Shown here one piece after another: positions 37,101-43,700 of a stretch of DNA of 64,000 bases. The position numbers and the translations under genes are program-made. Every line of letters starts with the position of its first letter. Within the stretch, counting starts at the first letter, position 1. Below the pieces are notes generated by a model. That model made no database searches. It was not told the DNA's origin and saw only the letters and a program-made list of their open reading frames with translations. The stretch is from an uncultured Acidobacteriota bacterium (GTDB lineage: Bacteria; Acidobacteriota; Thermoanaerobaculia; Multivoradales; SZUA-115): assembly GCA_963805975.1 (NCBI GenBank), contig CAWDVR010000005.1, positions 224,001 to 288,000 on the forward strand. The letters run 5' to 3'.

Positions 37101-37721
37101 CCACAGTCCACCGACCACGTTGTAGGCCGCGCTCCCCGGCTGGAGCTGGTCGAGGAACCACAGCCGCTCCTGCGCGAAGGAGAGCGGCAGCGGCTGGTCT
37201 CGCGCGGCACGCTCGATGGACGGCAACCCCTGGCCGAGCTTTCCGCGCTCTTCCTCCACGAAGGCCGCGAGCCCGGCCACGGTGGGCCGCTCGAAGAGCG
37301 TGCGGAGCGGCAGCTCCACCCCCAGGAGCCTTCGGAGCCGGCTGGCGACGCGGGTGGCGAGGAGAGAGTGGCCGCCGAGGGCGAAGAAGTCGTCGAAGGC
37401 GCCGACGCTGTCGGCCCCCAGCACCTCTTCCCAGGCCCCGGCGATCAGCTCTTCGAGCGGTGTGCGGGGCGCCACACGCTCGCCGCCGGCCTCGCCCCAC
37501 GCGGGCTCGGCCCAGGCAGGCTCAGGCAGTGCACGCCGGTCCACCTTGCCGCTCGGCGTCAGCGGCAGGGCACGCCAGCACCACGAAGCGTGACGGCACC
37601 ATGTAGGATGGCAAGCGCGCCGCGAGCGCGTCTCGCAGCGTCTCCGCCGCGTCGGCCTGGGCCACGCTCTCGTGCAGCACCACGTACGCGACGAGAGCCT
37701 TGCCGCCGCCGGGCGCGTCAC
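21363..37721 (-). CDS. NRPS segment 2: T-C-A3(Ser)-T-C-A4(Ala)-T-C-A5(Asp)-T-C-A6(Ala-like)-T-C-start of A7
   Basis: Real homology spans about 22070-37572. Codes by eye: DVWHMSLVDK, DLFNCALTYK, DLTKVGHVGK, DLFNNGLTYK. Repeated LSFAQERLWFL, HHxxxD and GGHSL motifs; no E domains. Confidence 0.92.
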   Translation of the reverse strand: MTRPAAARLSSRTWCCTRAWPRPTRRRRCETRSRRACHPTWCRHASWCWRALPLTPSGKVDRRALPEPAWAEPAWGEAGGERVAPRTPLEELIAGAWEEVLGADSVGAFDDFFALGGHSLLATRVASRLRRLLGVELPLRTLFERPTVAGLAAFVEEERGKLGQGLPSIERAARDQPLPLSFAQERLWFLDQLQPGSAAYNVVGGLWLAGALDCRALLEAFRQVADRHEALRSVFREEAGRPVQVLASGGPDLALIDLASMREGREIARALAEREARLPFDLQHGPLLRVRLVQSGEQEHLLVVGMHHIASDGWSVEVLLREVAEIYGGDQQALPELPIQYGDFAVWQRQVFAGDWHADLLAFWRERLQGWPDVLELPADRPRPLAGTHRGEQTAFALSDELVGQLRRLGRAQGATLFMVLLAGFEAVLARHAGKGSFLLGTPIANRGRAETEGLIGFFVNTLVLRAEVRGDESFEALLGRVREEALAAYGRQDLAFEHLVEALAPERDLSRNPLVQTMFALQNASRWQVPGLETERLDLSNGAAKLDLLWSLVEEDGHVRGWVERSADLFDASTVARLWGHWQSWLTAAVESPGARLDSLPLLAPPERHQLLAEWAQGDGLASTDLCLHHLFERQAALVPERIAISFEDRALSYVALDAWASRLARRLRRLGVGPEARVAVAAERSLELVVALYAVEKAGGAYVPLDPAYPAERLEHMLADAGVTAVLSPPDLWASLGLATAAPLVPLLPDGQGLEDEPAAPAPHVEAVTPEGLAYVIYTSGSTGRPKGAMNSHRGIVNRLLWMQEEYGLGAHDRVLQKTPASFDVSVWEFFWPLAVGARLVLARPGGQGDPRYLADLIERERITTLHFVPSMLAAFVDELQPGRLGSLSRVMASGEALPRELVRRFHSGLGSPSARDPEGRGSQVGAATSGREGLGRGAQAARQGARAPQPETLPPARGEGGGGGRAVGLHNLYGPTEAAVDVTYRPCPPGEEGPVPIGRPIANLAIRILDRRGRALPAGVPGELLIGGVGLGRGYLRRPGLTADRWVPDGVSGEPGARLYRTGDLARALPSGEIEYLGRLDFQVKLRGFRIELGEIESALLATPGVREAAVALRTGPAGPALAAYLVLDAISGDAEAVAADLRRRLPEPMVPSRFVVLAALPLTPSGKVDRRALPEPAWAEPAWGEAGGERVAPRTPLEELIAGAWEEVLGADSVGAFDDFFALGGHSLLATRVASRLRRLLGVELPLRTLFERPTVAGLAAFVEEERGKLGQGLPSIERAARNEPLPLSFAQERLWFLDQLQPGSAAYNVVGGLWLAGALDRRALLEAFHHVAGRHEALRSVFREHAGRPAQVLASGGPDLALIDLASMREGREIARSLAERKARLPFDLQHGPLLRVRLVQSGEQEHLLVVAMHHIASDGWSVEVLLREVAEIYGGDQQALPELPIQYGDFAVWQRQVFAGDWHADLLAFWRERLQGWPDVLELPADRPRPLSGTHRGEQTAFALSDELVGQLRRLGRAQGATLFMVLLAGFEAVLARHAGKGSFLLGTPIANRGRAETEGLIGFFVNTLVLRAEVRGDESFEALLGRVREEALAAYGRQDLAFEHLVEALAPERDLSRNPLVQTMFALQNASRWQVPGLETERLELSNGAAKLDLLWSLVEEDGHVRGWVERSADLFDASTVARLWGHWQSWLAAAVESPGASLDSLPLLAPPERHQLLAEWAQGDGLASTDLCLHQLFERQAALVPERIAISGSGEQWSYAHLDTRAGAWAGRLRALDLAPEARVGVMLDRRPELPAALLGVLRAGAAYVPLDPAYPAERLALLVEDSGLAAVLTEEHHEARLPSGAYQLLSAALPSEEGAMPAAHVRPEQLAYVIYTSGSTGRPKGVALTHRSAVARMDWAGADLSTAELGGLAATTSINFDLSVFELFAPLSHGGRIVLAADALALPGLDEAAAVTLLNTVPSAMASLAEGALPDTLTTVCLAGEPLRPELAAEIHRHPQVRRLLNLYGPTEDTTYSTGDRVERGERRVTIGRSLPGSEGLVLGRDGRPSPTGVPGQLFLGGVGLARGYLGRPGLTAERFVPHPLAAAPGARLYATGDLVRRLPDGRLDFLGRIDFQVKLRGFRIELPEIEARLAEHAAVREAAVALRQDLPGGPALVAYWSPSAEGPTLHAGVLRDHLAVLLPAYMVPAFFLRLDALPRTPNGKLDRKALPRPETDGAAGERAPRTPAEELVAGLFADLLGRPEVSAEAHFFELGGHSLLAARLVSRLRQAFGVELPLAAVFERPTVAGLAAAVEAGLNTGGQHLPPIERAPHEESLPLSFAQERLWFLDQLHPGDTSYNVPAAVRLAGSLAPRALATALAGAVERHDALRTVFRAVDGEPVAVVQPPPAPDLPVIDLSPLGADDRGAETVRLARREAARPFDLARGPLLRARLVRREKAEHVLLLTAHHIACDGWSMGVLVRDVGALYGAASTAGTGPGRYVRREDAIPGGAEPRGIEAADPLPELPIRYGDFAAWQRRWLAGAQLEADLAWWRERLAGLPPALDLPADRPRPPVASHRGLAVASQLPAGLRHDLERQARAGGATLFMSMLAAFAALLHRSTGEGDLAIGTPVAGRDRLETEGLVGLFVNTLVLRLRPRPGQALGELTTQAREATLGAHAHQSVPFERLVEALAPERSLGRTPLFQVMLVFQNAPLPSLSLPDLEVTPLQVEGETAKVDLTLYVTEAGGGALGLTWVASRDLFHAATVRRLARHFEALLAAAAEGDGRPLAELPLFTAAERQQLLTEANDFARPATATMVLAQFEERARRHPEAPALRFEEQVLSYGELDAAAEGLAGRLTELGVGPEVPVALLLERGPSFIVALLAAWKAGGAYLPLDPGLPARRLATLLEESASPVLVSSRRLAGRLGESEPAALAGRALCLEEEWPRDGGAPGASAAPRPEDLAYVLFTSGSTGLPKGVAVEHRQLATYVAGATLRLGLPDDARGLVFATVSTFAADLGHTVVFPALALGGCLHVVSEERLADGDALAELFSRHPADVLKIVPSHLAALVAAPGAERLLPRRLLVLGGEALERGFAEELARRAPGCEVFNHYGPTETTVGVLAGRSEPTLIGSGVVPLGRPLANVQVHVVDRALRPVGLGTPGELLIAGASVARGYLGRPAATAERFLPDPFAAESVVTGGGRLYRSGDRVRRLPGGEIEFLGRIDLQVKLRGFRIELPEIEAALAALPAVRAAAVTLREDAPGGRALAAYVVPAEAVPGASFVHELRRALGERLPVYMVPAVFVVLPALPLNPNGKVDRRALPAPDWGAESGAGGSEPPRTPVEEALAAIWAELLGGKRVGREDDFFALGGHSLLATRLASRVRAAFDIELPLSAVFERPTLAGLAAAVEEARARAGAARPGPLTLALSPQAGRGDRTGDPGWVGAPSPRASGERDGVRGAAAPLSFSQERLWFLSRLDPRDAAYNLPYHARLSGPLDDDALTAALAGVVDRHEVLRASFREAGGEPMQEVAPVLPVRLPVVDLSAVAALDPAGEPAPLARRLAESEAARPFDLSRAPLWRGRLLRLAPGEHLLLLTLHHAVSDAWSRSILVRELAALYDARVTGREAQLPELALQYGDYARWQRRRLASGELAGELEDWRQALAGSPALDLPTDRPRAPARRRRGGHRAALWAAAPVAAVAALARRHGTTPFAVYLAAFGALLARLSGQREVNVGTPVAGRTRLEHEGLIGFLVNTLALRLAVPPQASFGELVADAGRGALAAFERQEVPFERVVEAVAPERDLDRTPLFQAMLVLQNGGGEEALSLGGLEWRRFEVGTGTAKFDLTLALEERPTGLAVWLEFDADLFDPTTAERWLRHWQRLLEGAVAAAGAPLAALPLISPAEQHQVRVETNEAEHALSRSHAAGCLHDGFERQTGRVPEAVALVWGDERFSYAAVERASTAWARRLQSWGIQPEDRVGLYLERSPELLIALLAVLRAGGAYVPLDPAYPLARVRALVEQSGARWVLSGGGLEERLEGLPCEVVRVGGEELAAPAQILRCAQDDEHPRCHPERSEGPGWGGSPVTPQNLAYLIFTSGSTGVPKAVAIEHASAVALLAWAETVYSDDEISHVLAATSISFDLSIFEIFVPWSRGTTVVLAGTALDLLSLPGREAVTLINTVPSAMAELARAGGVPQSVRTVNLGGEPLRRSLAGEVYAAASVERLYNLYGPSEDTTYSTWLLVEPGTAEPTIGRALAGSRAFVVDRRGRPLPLGVPGELLLGGAGLARGYLGRPALTAERFLPDGISGQAGERLYATGDLARWLTSHELEFLGRIDHQVKVRGYRIELAEIEAALLAQPEVRETVVAVHEAGGGDRRIAAYLTPREGEALPEAAELRSRLAERLPGYMVPASFVELAALPRLPNGKIDRKALPAPETGTGEGDLAAWVGPRTPLEETLSELAREMLGTSRLGIHESFFEAGGHSLSAVRLLSRVRESLGAEVGVRAFFEAPTVAGLAQAIQASTATALPPIERAASRGEGPLSFAQERLWFLDRLEPGTAAYNIPAAVRMRGALHLGTLSRALAALAERHESLRTVFTERDGRPVQVVLDGSTLHPNPLPASGARGPEGGTRTGGTARASQLAASGDGGSEDVLSGPLAPRQRGEGRGEGRWTNHFRPRLVDLGALSPQDRETLALSLAAREARRPFELARGPLVRALLVQSAETDHLLVLTLHHIVTDGWSMGLLVRELGTLYQAFHDGRPSPLAPLPVQHLDYAFWQRRHLEGAALENGLAYWREHLAGLPAALDLPTDRPRAAARGGRGGRRRVVLVDELSAALRALGRGRGATLFMTLAASFQALLARLSGQNDLAVGVPVAGRGQARLEGIVGFFVNTLVLRADLGGGPSFAGLLSRVRDSALGAFTHADTPFERVVEAVAPDRDLDRTPLFQALFNFQEGETAPSLGGLTLESVDLDAGTAKFELSLAVVPRGERLEAVLEFDADLFDATTAERWLRHWQRLLEGVVEAPEAPLVALPLSSPAEQHQVRVEANEAEHALSRRRSAGCLHESFERQAERVPEAVALVWGDERFSYAAVERASAAWAARLQGWGIEPEDRVGLYMERSPELLIALLAVLRAGGAYVPLDPAYPLARVRALVEQSGARWVLSGGGLEERLEGLPCEVVRVGGEELAAPAQILRCAQDDKHPRCHPERSEGPGRAGSPRHPPEPGLPHLHLGLDRGAQGRRHRARERRGPPRLGGDRLLRRRDLPRARRHLDLLRSLGLRDLRALEPRHDRGARRHRARSPQPAGPGRGHAPQHRALGHDRAGAGRRRAALGEDRQPGGRAPAPLAGGRGLRRGVCGAPLQPLRPLRGHHLLDRRAGRERKHLRADHRPRPRRQPRFRGGPPRPAPAAGSARRAAPGRCGPRPRLPRPPGAHRRALCAGRHLRQGWRAALQNR
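22092..22150. repeat. Palindromic element family B (24-bp perfect inverted repeat) within A7
   Basis: tccttcgctgcgctcaggatgaca, 11-nt spacer, tgtcatcctgagcgcagcgaagga. Confidence 0.9.
23721..23893. repeat. Palindromic element family A, in frame within a C domain
   Basis: cccctcaccccggccctctccccgc...gcggggagagggttagggtgaaggg. Absent from the paralogous C domain near 20500. Confidence 0.85.
25500..25558. repeat. Palindromic element family B within A6
   Basis: Near-identical to the copy at 22092-22150; in frame. Confidence 0.9.
27357..27470. repeat. Palindromic element family A, in frame in a T-C linker
   Basis: gcccctcaccccgtccctctccccgc...gcggggagagggctagggtgagggg. Confidence 0.85.
32447..37600. 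repeat. Near-identical direct duplication, about 1.8 kb (about 32447-34262 and 35783-37600)
   Basis: Offset 3336 bp; shadow ORFs are also duplicated (32455/35791, 32971/36307). Covers A-domain end, T, C and A-domain start. Confidence 0.85.
34838..34935. repeat. 29-bp perfect inverted repeat inside an in-frame insertion in A3
   Basis: cgccacgagcgggagggagggtctcgggc at 34838-34866 and its exact reverse complement at 34907-34935. Confidence 0.85.
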
Positions 37722-40700
37722 GGGCCAGGACCGCCGCCTGGGCCACGGCCGGCAGCGCGGCGAGCGCCGCCTCGATCTCGCCGGGCTCGATGCGGAAGCC
37801 GCGCACCTTGACCTGCGTGTCGATGCGGCCCAGGAAGTCGATCTCGCCGGCTGCGGCCCAGCGCACCAAGTCGCCCGAGCGGTAGAGGCGCGCGCCGGGC
37901 TCGGCGCCCCGCGGGTCGGGCACGAAGCTTTGTGCGGTCAGTGCCGGGCGCCCGAGGTAGCCGCGCGCGAGGCCGGCGCCGCCGATCAGCAGCTCGCCCG
38001 GCACGCCGACCGGCAGTGGCGCGAACGAGCGGTCCACCACCAGGAGGGAGAGCCCGGCGATCGGACGGCCGATCGAAGGCGCCTTGGATACGGCCGCGGC
38101 CGGACGCGGTGCCACTTCGCCCGCGGTGGTCACCACCGTGACCTCGGTGGGCCCGTAGTGGTTGAGGAGGCGGAAGGGGAGCGCTGCGGCGGGCGCGGCT
38201 TGCAGGCGGTCGCCGCCGGTGAGAAGGGCTCGGAGCACCGTCTCCGAGGGCCAGTGCCGCGCGGCCAGGAGCTCGGCCACGGGCGTGGGCTGGAAGCTCA
38301 GGGTGATGCGGCGCTCGACGAGCCAGGGGGCGAGCCGCGCCGGGTCGGCCCGCACGTCCTCGTCCGGGATCTCGAGCCTGGAGCCCGCGGCGAGGGCCGG
38401 AAAGACCTCCCACACCGAGGCGTCGAAGGCCGGGCTCGCCACCAGCGAGGTGCGGTCCTCGGCAGTCAGGCCATAGGTCGCGAGGTGCCAGGCCACCAGG
38501 TTGGCGAGGCCGCGGTGGCGGACCTCGACGCCCTTGGGCCTGCCCGTCGAGCCCGAGGTGTAGATCACGTAGGCGCGGGCGTCGGCGGAGAAGGAGCCCC
38601 TCACCCCGTTCCTCACCCCGCCCATCTCGAAGCTCTCTTCCCGGTCCCCTCTCCCCGCCTGCGGGGAGAGGGTTAGGGTGAGGGGCTCCAGCGTGAGCAC
38701 CAGTACGGCCGGGCTCCAGCCGGCCGGCTGGCCCTGCCCGGTGAGGAGCACGGCGGCCCCGGCGTCCTGCACCACGGCGGCCAGCCGCTCGGGGGGATGG
38801 CCGGGGTCGAGCGGCAGGAAGCTGGCGCCCGCTTCGAGCGCCGCCAGCATACCCACCACCAGCTCGGCCGAGCGCGGTGCGAGGAGCGCCACCACGCCCT
38901 CCGGTCTCCACGCCGAGCGCCGCGAGCCGCGCTGCGAGCAGCCCACGCCCGGCCCAGCAGCGCGCCGTAGCTCAGGTGCTCGCCGCCGGAGACCACAGCC
39001 ACGCGCTCCGGCACCTCGGCGCCGGCTCGCCAATGAGCCCTGTCGTCCTGAGCGCAGCGAAGGACCTGGGCGGGTGCTTTCGGGCTGTGGCGGGAGATCT
39101 GGCTGACCAGGATACGGTCGAAAGGCTGTACCTCTCCTGCGCCCCCACTCATGGCCGAGCTGATGGGCCTCGGCCGCGGAGAGGAGCGGCAGCGTGGAGA
39201 GCGGGCGCTCCGGCTCGCGGGCCACGGCGTCGAGCAGGCGGATGAGCTGCGCCGCCAGGCGCTCGGCACTGGTGCGGTCGAAGAGATCGCTCGCATACTC
39301 GAGGTCGGCCCAAAGCCCTCCCGGCGCAGCGGTCGCGCCGCCGTCTCCCAGGTCCAGGAAGGAAAGGGCCAGATCGAGCTTCGCGGTGCCGGAGTGCATG
39401 GGCAGCGGCTCGACCGCGAGGCCGGGGAGGGCCATCGCGAGCGGCTGCGCCTGCCAGGCGAGGGCGACCTGGAAGAGCGGTGCGTGGCCGCCGCCGCGGC
39501 CGGGGTTCAGGGCCTCGACCAGGTGCTCGAACGGGATCTCGTGCGCCTGGGCCTCGAGCACGGTCGCGCGGCAGCGGGCGAGGAGCGCCCGAAAGCCGGG
39601 ATCACCGGCGAGGTCCACGCGCAGCACGAGGTTGCCGACGAAGAAGCCGATCAGCCCTTCGAGCGCGGGGTCCGGCCGCTGGGCCACGGGCGCGCCCAGC
39701 ACCAGGTCCCGCTGGCCGGTGACGCGATGGAGGAGCGTGGCGAAGCCGGCGAGCACAGTCATGAAGGGTGTCGAGCCCGCTTCCGAGCCCACGGTCGCGA
39801 GCCGCGCGCGGAGCTCCGCCGGCAGGCGGAAGCGCACCTGGCCGCCGGCCAGGCTGGGCACGGCCGGCCGCGGCCGATCGAGGGGCAGCTCCAGCTTCTC
39901 GGGCGCTCCCGCCAGCCGCTCGCGCCAGAAGGCGAGGCCGGCCGCCAGCGCCTCGCCCGCAATCTGCCGGCGCTGCCAGGCGGCGTAGTCCGCGTACTGC
40001 ACGGGGAGCGGCGGCAGCTCCGCCGCCTCGCCCGCGAGCCGCGCGCGGTAGAGCGCGCCGAGCTCGGCCAGCAGCACGCCGATCGACCAGCCGTCGGCGA
40101 CGATGTGATGGAGGGCCAGGAGGAGGAAATGCTCGCCTTCACCCAGCCGGAGCGCCGCGGCACGGAAGAGCGGCCCGCGCTCGAGGTCGAAGGGCCGCGC
40201 GGCCTCGCTTCGGCCGAGCTTCTGGGCTGCGGCCTCGCGGGCGGGAGCGCCGAGCCCGGCCAGGTCCACCACGGGCAGGCGCGCGGGCGAGGGAGGGGCG
40301 ATCGAGAGCACGGGCGCGCCGTCGCCTGCCGCGAAGCTCGCCCGCAGGCCCTCGTGCCGCGCCGCGATCGCCGCCAGGGCTTCGGCAAGGGCGGCAATGT
40401 CCAGGCGCCCCCTGAGCCGCGCCGCCACCGGCATGTTGTAGGCGGCGGTGCCCGGCTGCCACTGCTCGAGGAACCACAGCCGTTCCTGGCCGGCCGACAG
40501 GGGCAGCGCCCCCCGGTCGGCGAGCGGCCGCACGGGCGCCGTCGCGGTGCGGCCGTGGCGGGCGAGCGCCGCCTCCAGCGTCTCCGCCAGCCCGGCCACG
40601 GTCGGCCGCTCGAAGAGCGCGCGCACGGGCAGCTCGACGCCGAAGGCGTGGCGCAGGCGGGAGATCACCTGGGTGGCGAGGATCGAGTGGCCACCGAGCT

Positions 40701-43700
40701 CGAAGAAGGACTGGTGGCGCCCCACCTCAGCCAAGCCCAGAAGATCGGCCCACGCCGCGGCCACCGCCTCCTCGACCGAGCCGCGCGGCGGCTCGTGGGC
40801 GCCGCCGCCGGCCTCGCCCTCCGGTTGTGGCGCGGGAAGGCGCGCCAGGGCGCGGCGGTCCACCTTGCCGTTGGGGGTCAGCGGCAGCGCGGCGAGCACC
40901 ACGAAGAACGACGGCACCATGGGCTCGGGCAGGCGCTCGCGGAGGGCGTCGCGGAGCTCGGAGCCCCTCACCCCGGCCCTCTCCCCGCTGCCGCGGGGCG
41001 AGGGGGCCGGAGGGGAGCCGGGCTCCGCATCTTCGCGGAGCGAGGAGGCCGGAAGGGAACCAGCTTCGGCGCCGCCCGGTAGCCCTGGGCTCCGGTCCCC
41101 TCTCCCCGCTCGCGGGGAGAGGGTTAGGGTGAGGGGCTCCCTCTCCGCCTCGAGGTAGGCCACCAGGGCAGGGCCGGTCGCCAGGTCCTGGCGCAGCAGC
41201 ACGGTGGCGGCGCGCACGCCGGGCTGCTCCACCAGGCGCGCTTCGATCTCGCCCAGCTCGATGCGGAAGCCGCGCAGCTTGATCTGGTGGTCGATGCGGC
41301 CCAGGAAGTCGATCTCGCCGGAGGGCAGCAGGCGGGCGAGGTCGCCGGTCGCGTACAGGCGCCCGCCGCGGCCTGAGAAGGGGTCGGGCACCCACTTCTC
41401 GGCGGTCAGGGCCGGCCGCCCGAGGTAGCCGCGGGCGAGGCCGTCGCCCGCCAGGCAGAGCTCGGCGGGCACGCCCAGGGGCACGGGTGCGAGGCGCCGG
41501 TCGAGCAGGTAGGCGGCGCTCCCCGAGACCGGCCGGCCGATGGTCACCCGCCGCGCGCCGCGATCGACGGCGGTGAATGTGGAGTAGGTGGTGTCCTCGG
41601 AGGGGCCGTAGAGGTTGAGCAGGCGCTCGACCTGGGGATGGCGGTGGAGGCGCGCGGCGAGCTCGGGCTTCAAGGGCTCGCCGGCCAGGTTGACGGTGCG
41701 CAGGCCGGCCGGCAGCCAGCCCTCGGCCAGGCGCTCGGCCACGGAGGGCACGGTGTTGACCAGGGTGAGGGCCGCCGCTTCGGACAGCTCGGCCACGGCG
41801 AGGCCGTTCTGGGCCCCGATGACGGTGCCGCCCAGGGCCAGGGGCACGAAGAGCTCGAAGACGGAGAGGTCGAAGTTGACGGAGGTGGAGGCGGCGACGC
41901 CGGCGAGCTCGGCCGGGGTGAAGGCCTCGGTCGCCCAGGCGACGAGGGCCACGGCGCTCCGGTGCTCGATGGCGATGCCTTTCGGGCGGCCGGTGGAGCC
42001 GGAGGTGTAGATGAGGTAGGCGAGGTTGGCGGCGGAGATGGTGGACGCGGTGGATGCGGTGGACGCGGCGGTGTCCAAGCTTGTGCCGGAGAGTAAGGCG
42101 GAGGCGTGGCCTGGGGTCGGTTGTTCCTGGCGGGTCCTGTCGCCGCAAGATTCCCCGCTGCGGTCCTCGCTGGCGCTGCGGTCCTCGCGGGGTCCCCCAT
42201 GCGGCGCCACCCGCCATGCAACGGGGGTTGATTCGTCGGAGTGTCCGGTAGAGCCGCCAACTGAGGAAGGAGAGAGGAGACGGAAAGAGGCGGGGGGGAG
42301 CTTCTCGGCGTGCTCGGGCTCCGCGATCACAGTGGTCAGCCCGGAGTCCTCGACTAGGAACGTGAGGCGTTCGGCCGGGTAGTTGGGGTCGAGCGGGACG
42401 TAGGCACCGCCGGCCTTGAGCACTGCCAGGAGGGCCGCCGGCAGGGTGGCGGAGCGCTCGAGGAGGACGCCGACCGGGGTCTCCGGTGCGATGCCCAGAG
42501 AGCGGAGCCGCGCGGCGAGGCGAGAGGCGCGGGCGTCGAGGCCGGCGTAGCTCCACTGCTCTCCGCTCCAGGAGACGGCGATCCGCTCCGGCGTCCGCTG
42601 TGCCTGCGCCTCGATGAGGCCGTGGAGCGTGCCGGCCGAGGGCTCGCGCGCCGTGTCGTTCCATTCGCAGAGGAGCTGGTGGCGGTCGGCGGAGGCCAGG
42701 AGGGCGAGGCTCGCGAGGGGCCGGTCCGGCGCCTCGGCGAGAGCCAGGAGCAGCGCCTCGAGCTGCGCCGCGAAGCGCTCGGCCGTGGCGCGGTCGAAGA
42801 GGTCCGTATTGAAGATCAGGCGGCTCGCCAGGGTCTCGCCGGCCTCGGCCACCATCCAGGCGAGGTCGAACTGGGCCGAGCGCTGCGGCAGCGGCAGGGA
42901 CTCGAGCGTCAAGTCGCCCAGGGCCATCCGGCCGCCCGCCTCGCCGAGGGCGAAGAGGCCGATGCCGGAAGCCTCGTGCCGCGGCGCGCGCTCCAGGGCG
43001 AAGAGCACGTCGAAGAGCGGCGAGCGGCTGGGGTCGCGCACCGGCGCCAGTCGCTCGGCGAGCCACGGGAAGGGCGCGTCCTGGTGGGCGAAGGCGGTGG
43101 CGGCGCGGGTGCGCACCCGCTCGATCCACTCGCCGGCGGTGGGGTTCCCGCCCAGGTCGGCGGCGAGCACCACGGGGTTGACGAAATAGCCCACCGCGCC
43201 CGCGAGGTCGGCGCTGGCGCGGCCCGAGGTCGGCACGCCCACGGCCAGCTCGCGCTGGCCGCTCCAGCGGCCGAGGAGCGCCTGGAGCGCGGCGGCGAGC
43301 GACACGAAGAGGGTGGTGCCGCGCTCGCGGGCGAGGGCCTGGAGCCTGGCCGCGAGCGGCGCCGCGAGAGCGCGCGAGACGGCCGCGCCGCGGAAGCTCT
43401 GGGCCGGCGGCCGCGGCCGGTCGGTGGGGAGCGCCAGCGGCTCGCGCTCGCCGCCCAGCTCCCGGCGCCAGTGCTCCCACAGCTCCGCGCCGCGCGCTCC
43501 GGCGAGGAGCGCGCGCTCGGCCGCGGCGTGGCCGGCCGGCGTTCCGCCGGGCTCGGGCAGCTCTTCCGGCCCGCGGCCGGCGTAGAGCGCGCCCAGCTCT
43601 TCGAGCATCACGGCGAGCGACCACAGGTCGGTCACGATGTGGTGCGTTGCGAGCAGCAGGAGGTGGCTGCCGCCCGGCTCGGCCAGCACCAGCACGCGCA

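Noticed and set aside
9753-41140. Palindromic repeats as a CRISPR array or terminators
   Set aside because: They are dispersed, intragenic and in frame, with no regular spacers, no cas genes and no U-tracts.
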